Below, piece after piece: positions 50,224 through 50,287 of a stretch of DNA of 50,287 nt. Origin of the DNA: an uncultured Muribaculaceae bacterium. GTDB lineage: Bacteria > Bacillota_I > Bacilli_A > RF39 > UBA660. Position numbers and translations under genes: made by a program. Where the stretch lies: the NCBI GenBank assembly GCA_964548815.1, contig CAZJSD010000003.1, forward strand, positions 11,222 through 61,508, written 5' to 3'. Each line of letters starts with the position of its first letter. Positions within the stretch are counted from its first letter, which is position 1. The notes below the pieces were generated by a model. The model had not been told where the DNA came from. It was given only the letters and a program-made list of their open reading frames with translations, and made no database searches.

Positions 50224-50287
50224 GACATTTTTACGTTAAATCAAACTAAAGTGCACAATTAAGTGCATTACGACCCAAAATGTGTAT

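Noticed and set aside
50240-50287. Possible IS terminal repeat (aagtgcacaattaagtgcattacgacc)
   Set aside because: Truncated by the window edge, with no transposase or partner repeat visible.
1-50287. Mycoplasma genetic code 4
   Set aside because: Long ORFs are intact under code 11, Trp is TGG, and TGA ends genes (15641, 18664).

Overview
AT-rich chromosomal window from a low-GC Bacilli-like bacterium using the standard code (TGA = stop, Trp = TGG). The mix of gerQ, DUF3603, pduL, trmL, uppP and giant surface proteins suggests an uncultured RF39-type gut or rumen lineage (inference only). In order, it contains: (i) the 3' part of a giant Ser/Thr-rich repetitive surface protein and three paralogous small secreted proteins with a stalk and a C1q/TNF-like head; (ii) housekeeping genes with a Schlafen/AlbA_2 gene inserted between 23-bp direct repeats; (iii) a ~13.3 kb type IV secretion-like cluster (VirB2-like pilin, large Cys-rich pilin fusion, extended VirB6, VirB3/PrgI, small ORF, VirB4, multi-domain cell-wall hydrolase, VirD4); (iv) an Rpn nuclease; (v) a 3818-aa adhesin, rmuC, uppP and a two-gene SdrD/SpaA-like surface locus. 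The best candidate for an undescribed system is the T4SS. It has no relaxase or integrase in the window, carries pilin-fused extracellular cargo, and its VirB6 ends in a 392-aa tail with no lysine. No RNA genes or CRISPR arrays were seen. All family assignments come from motif recognition by eye, not database searches.
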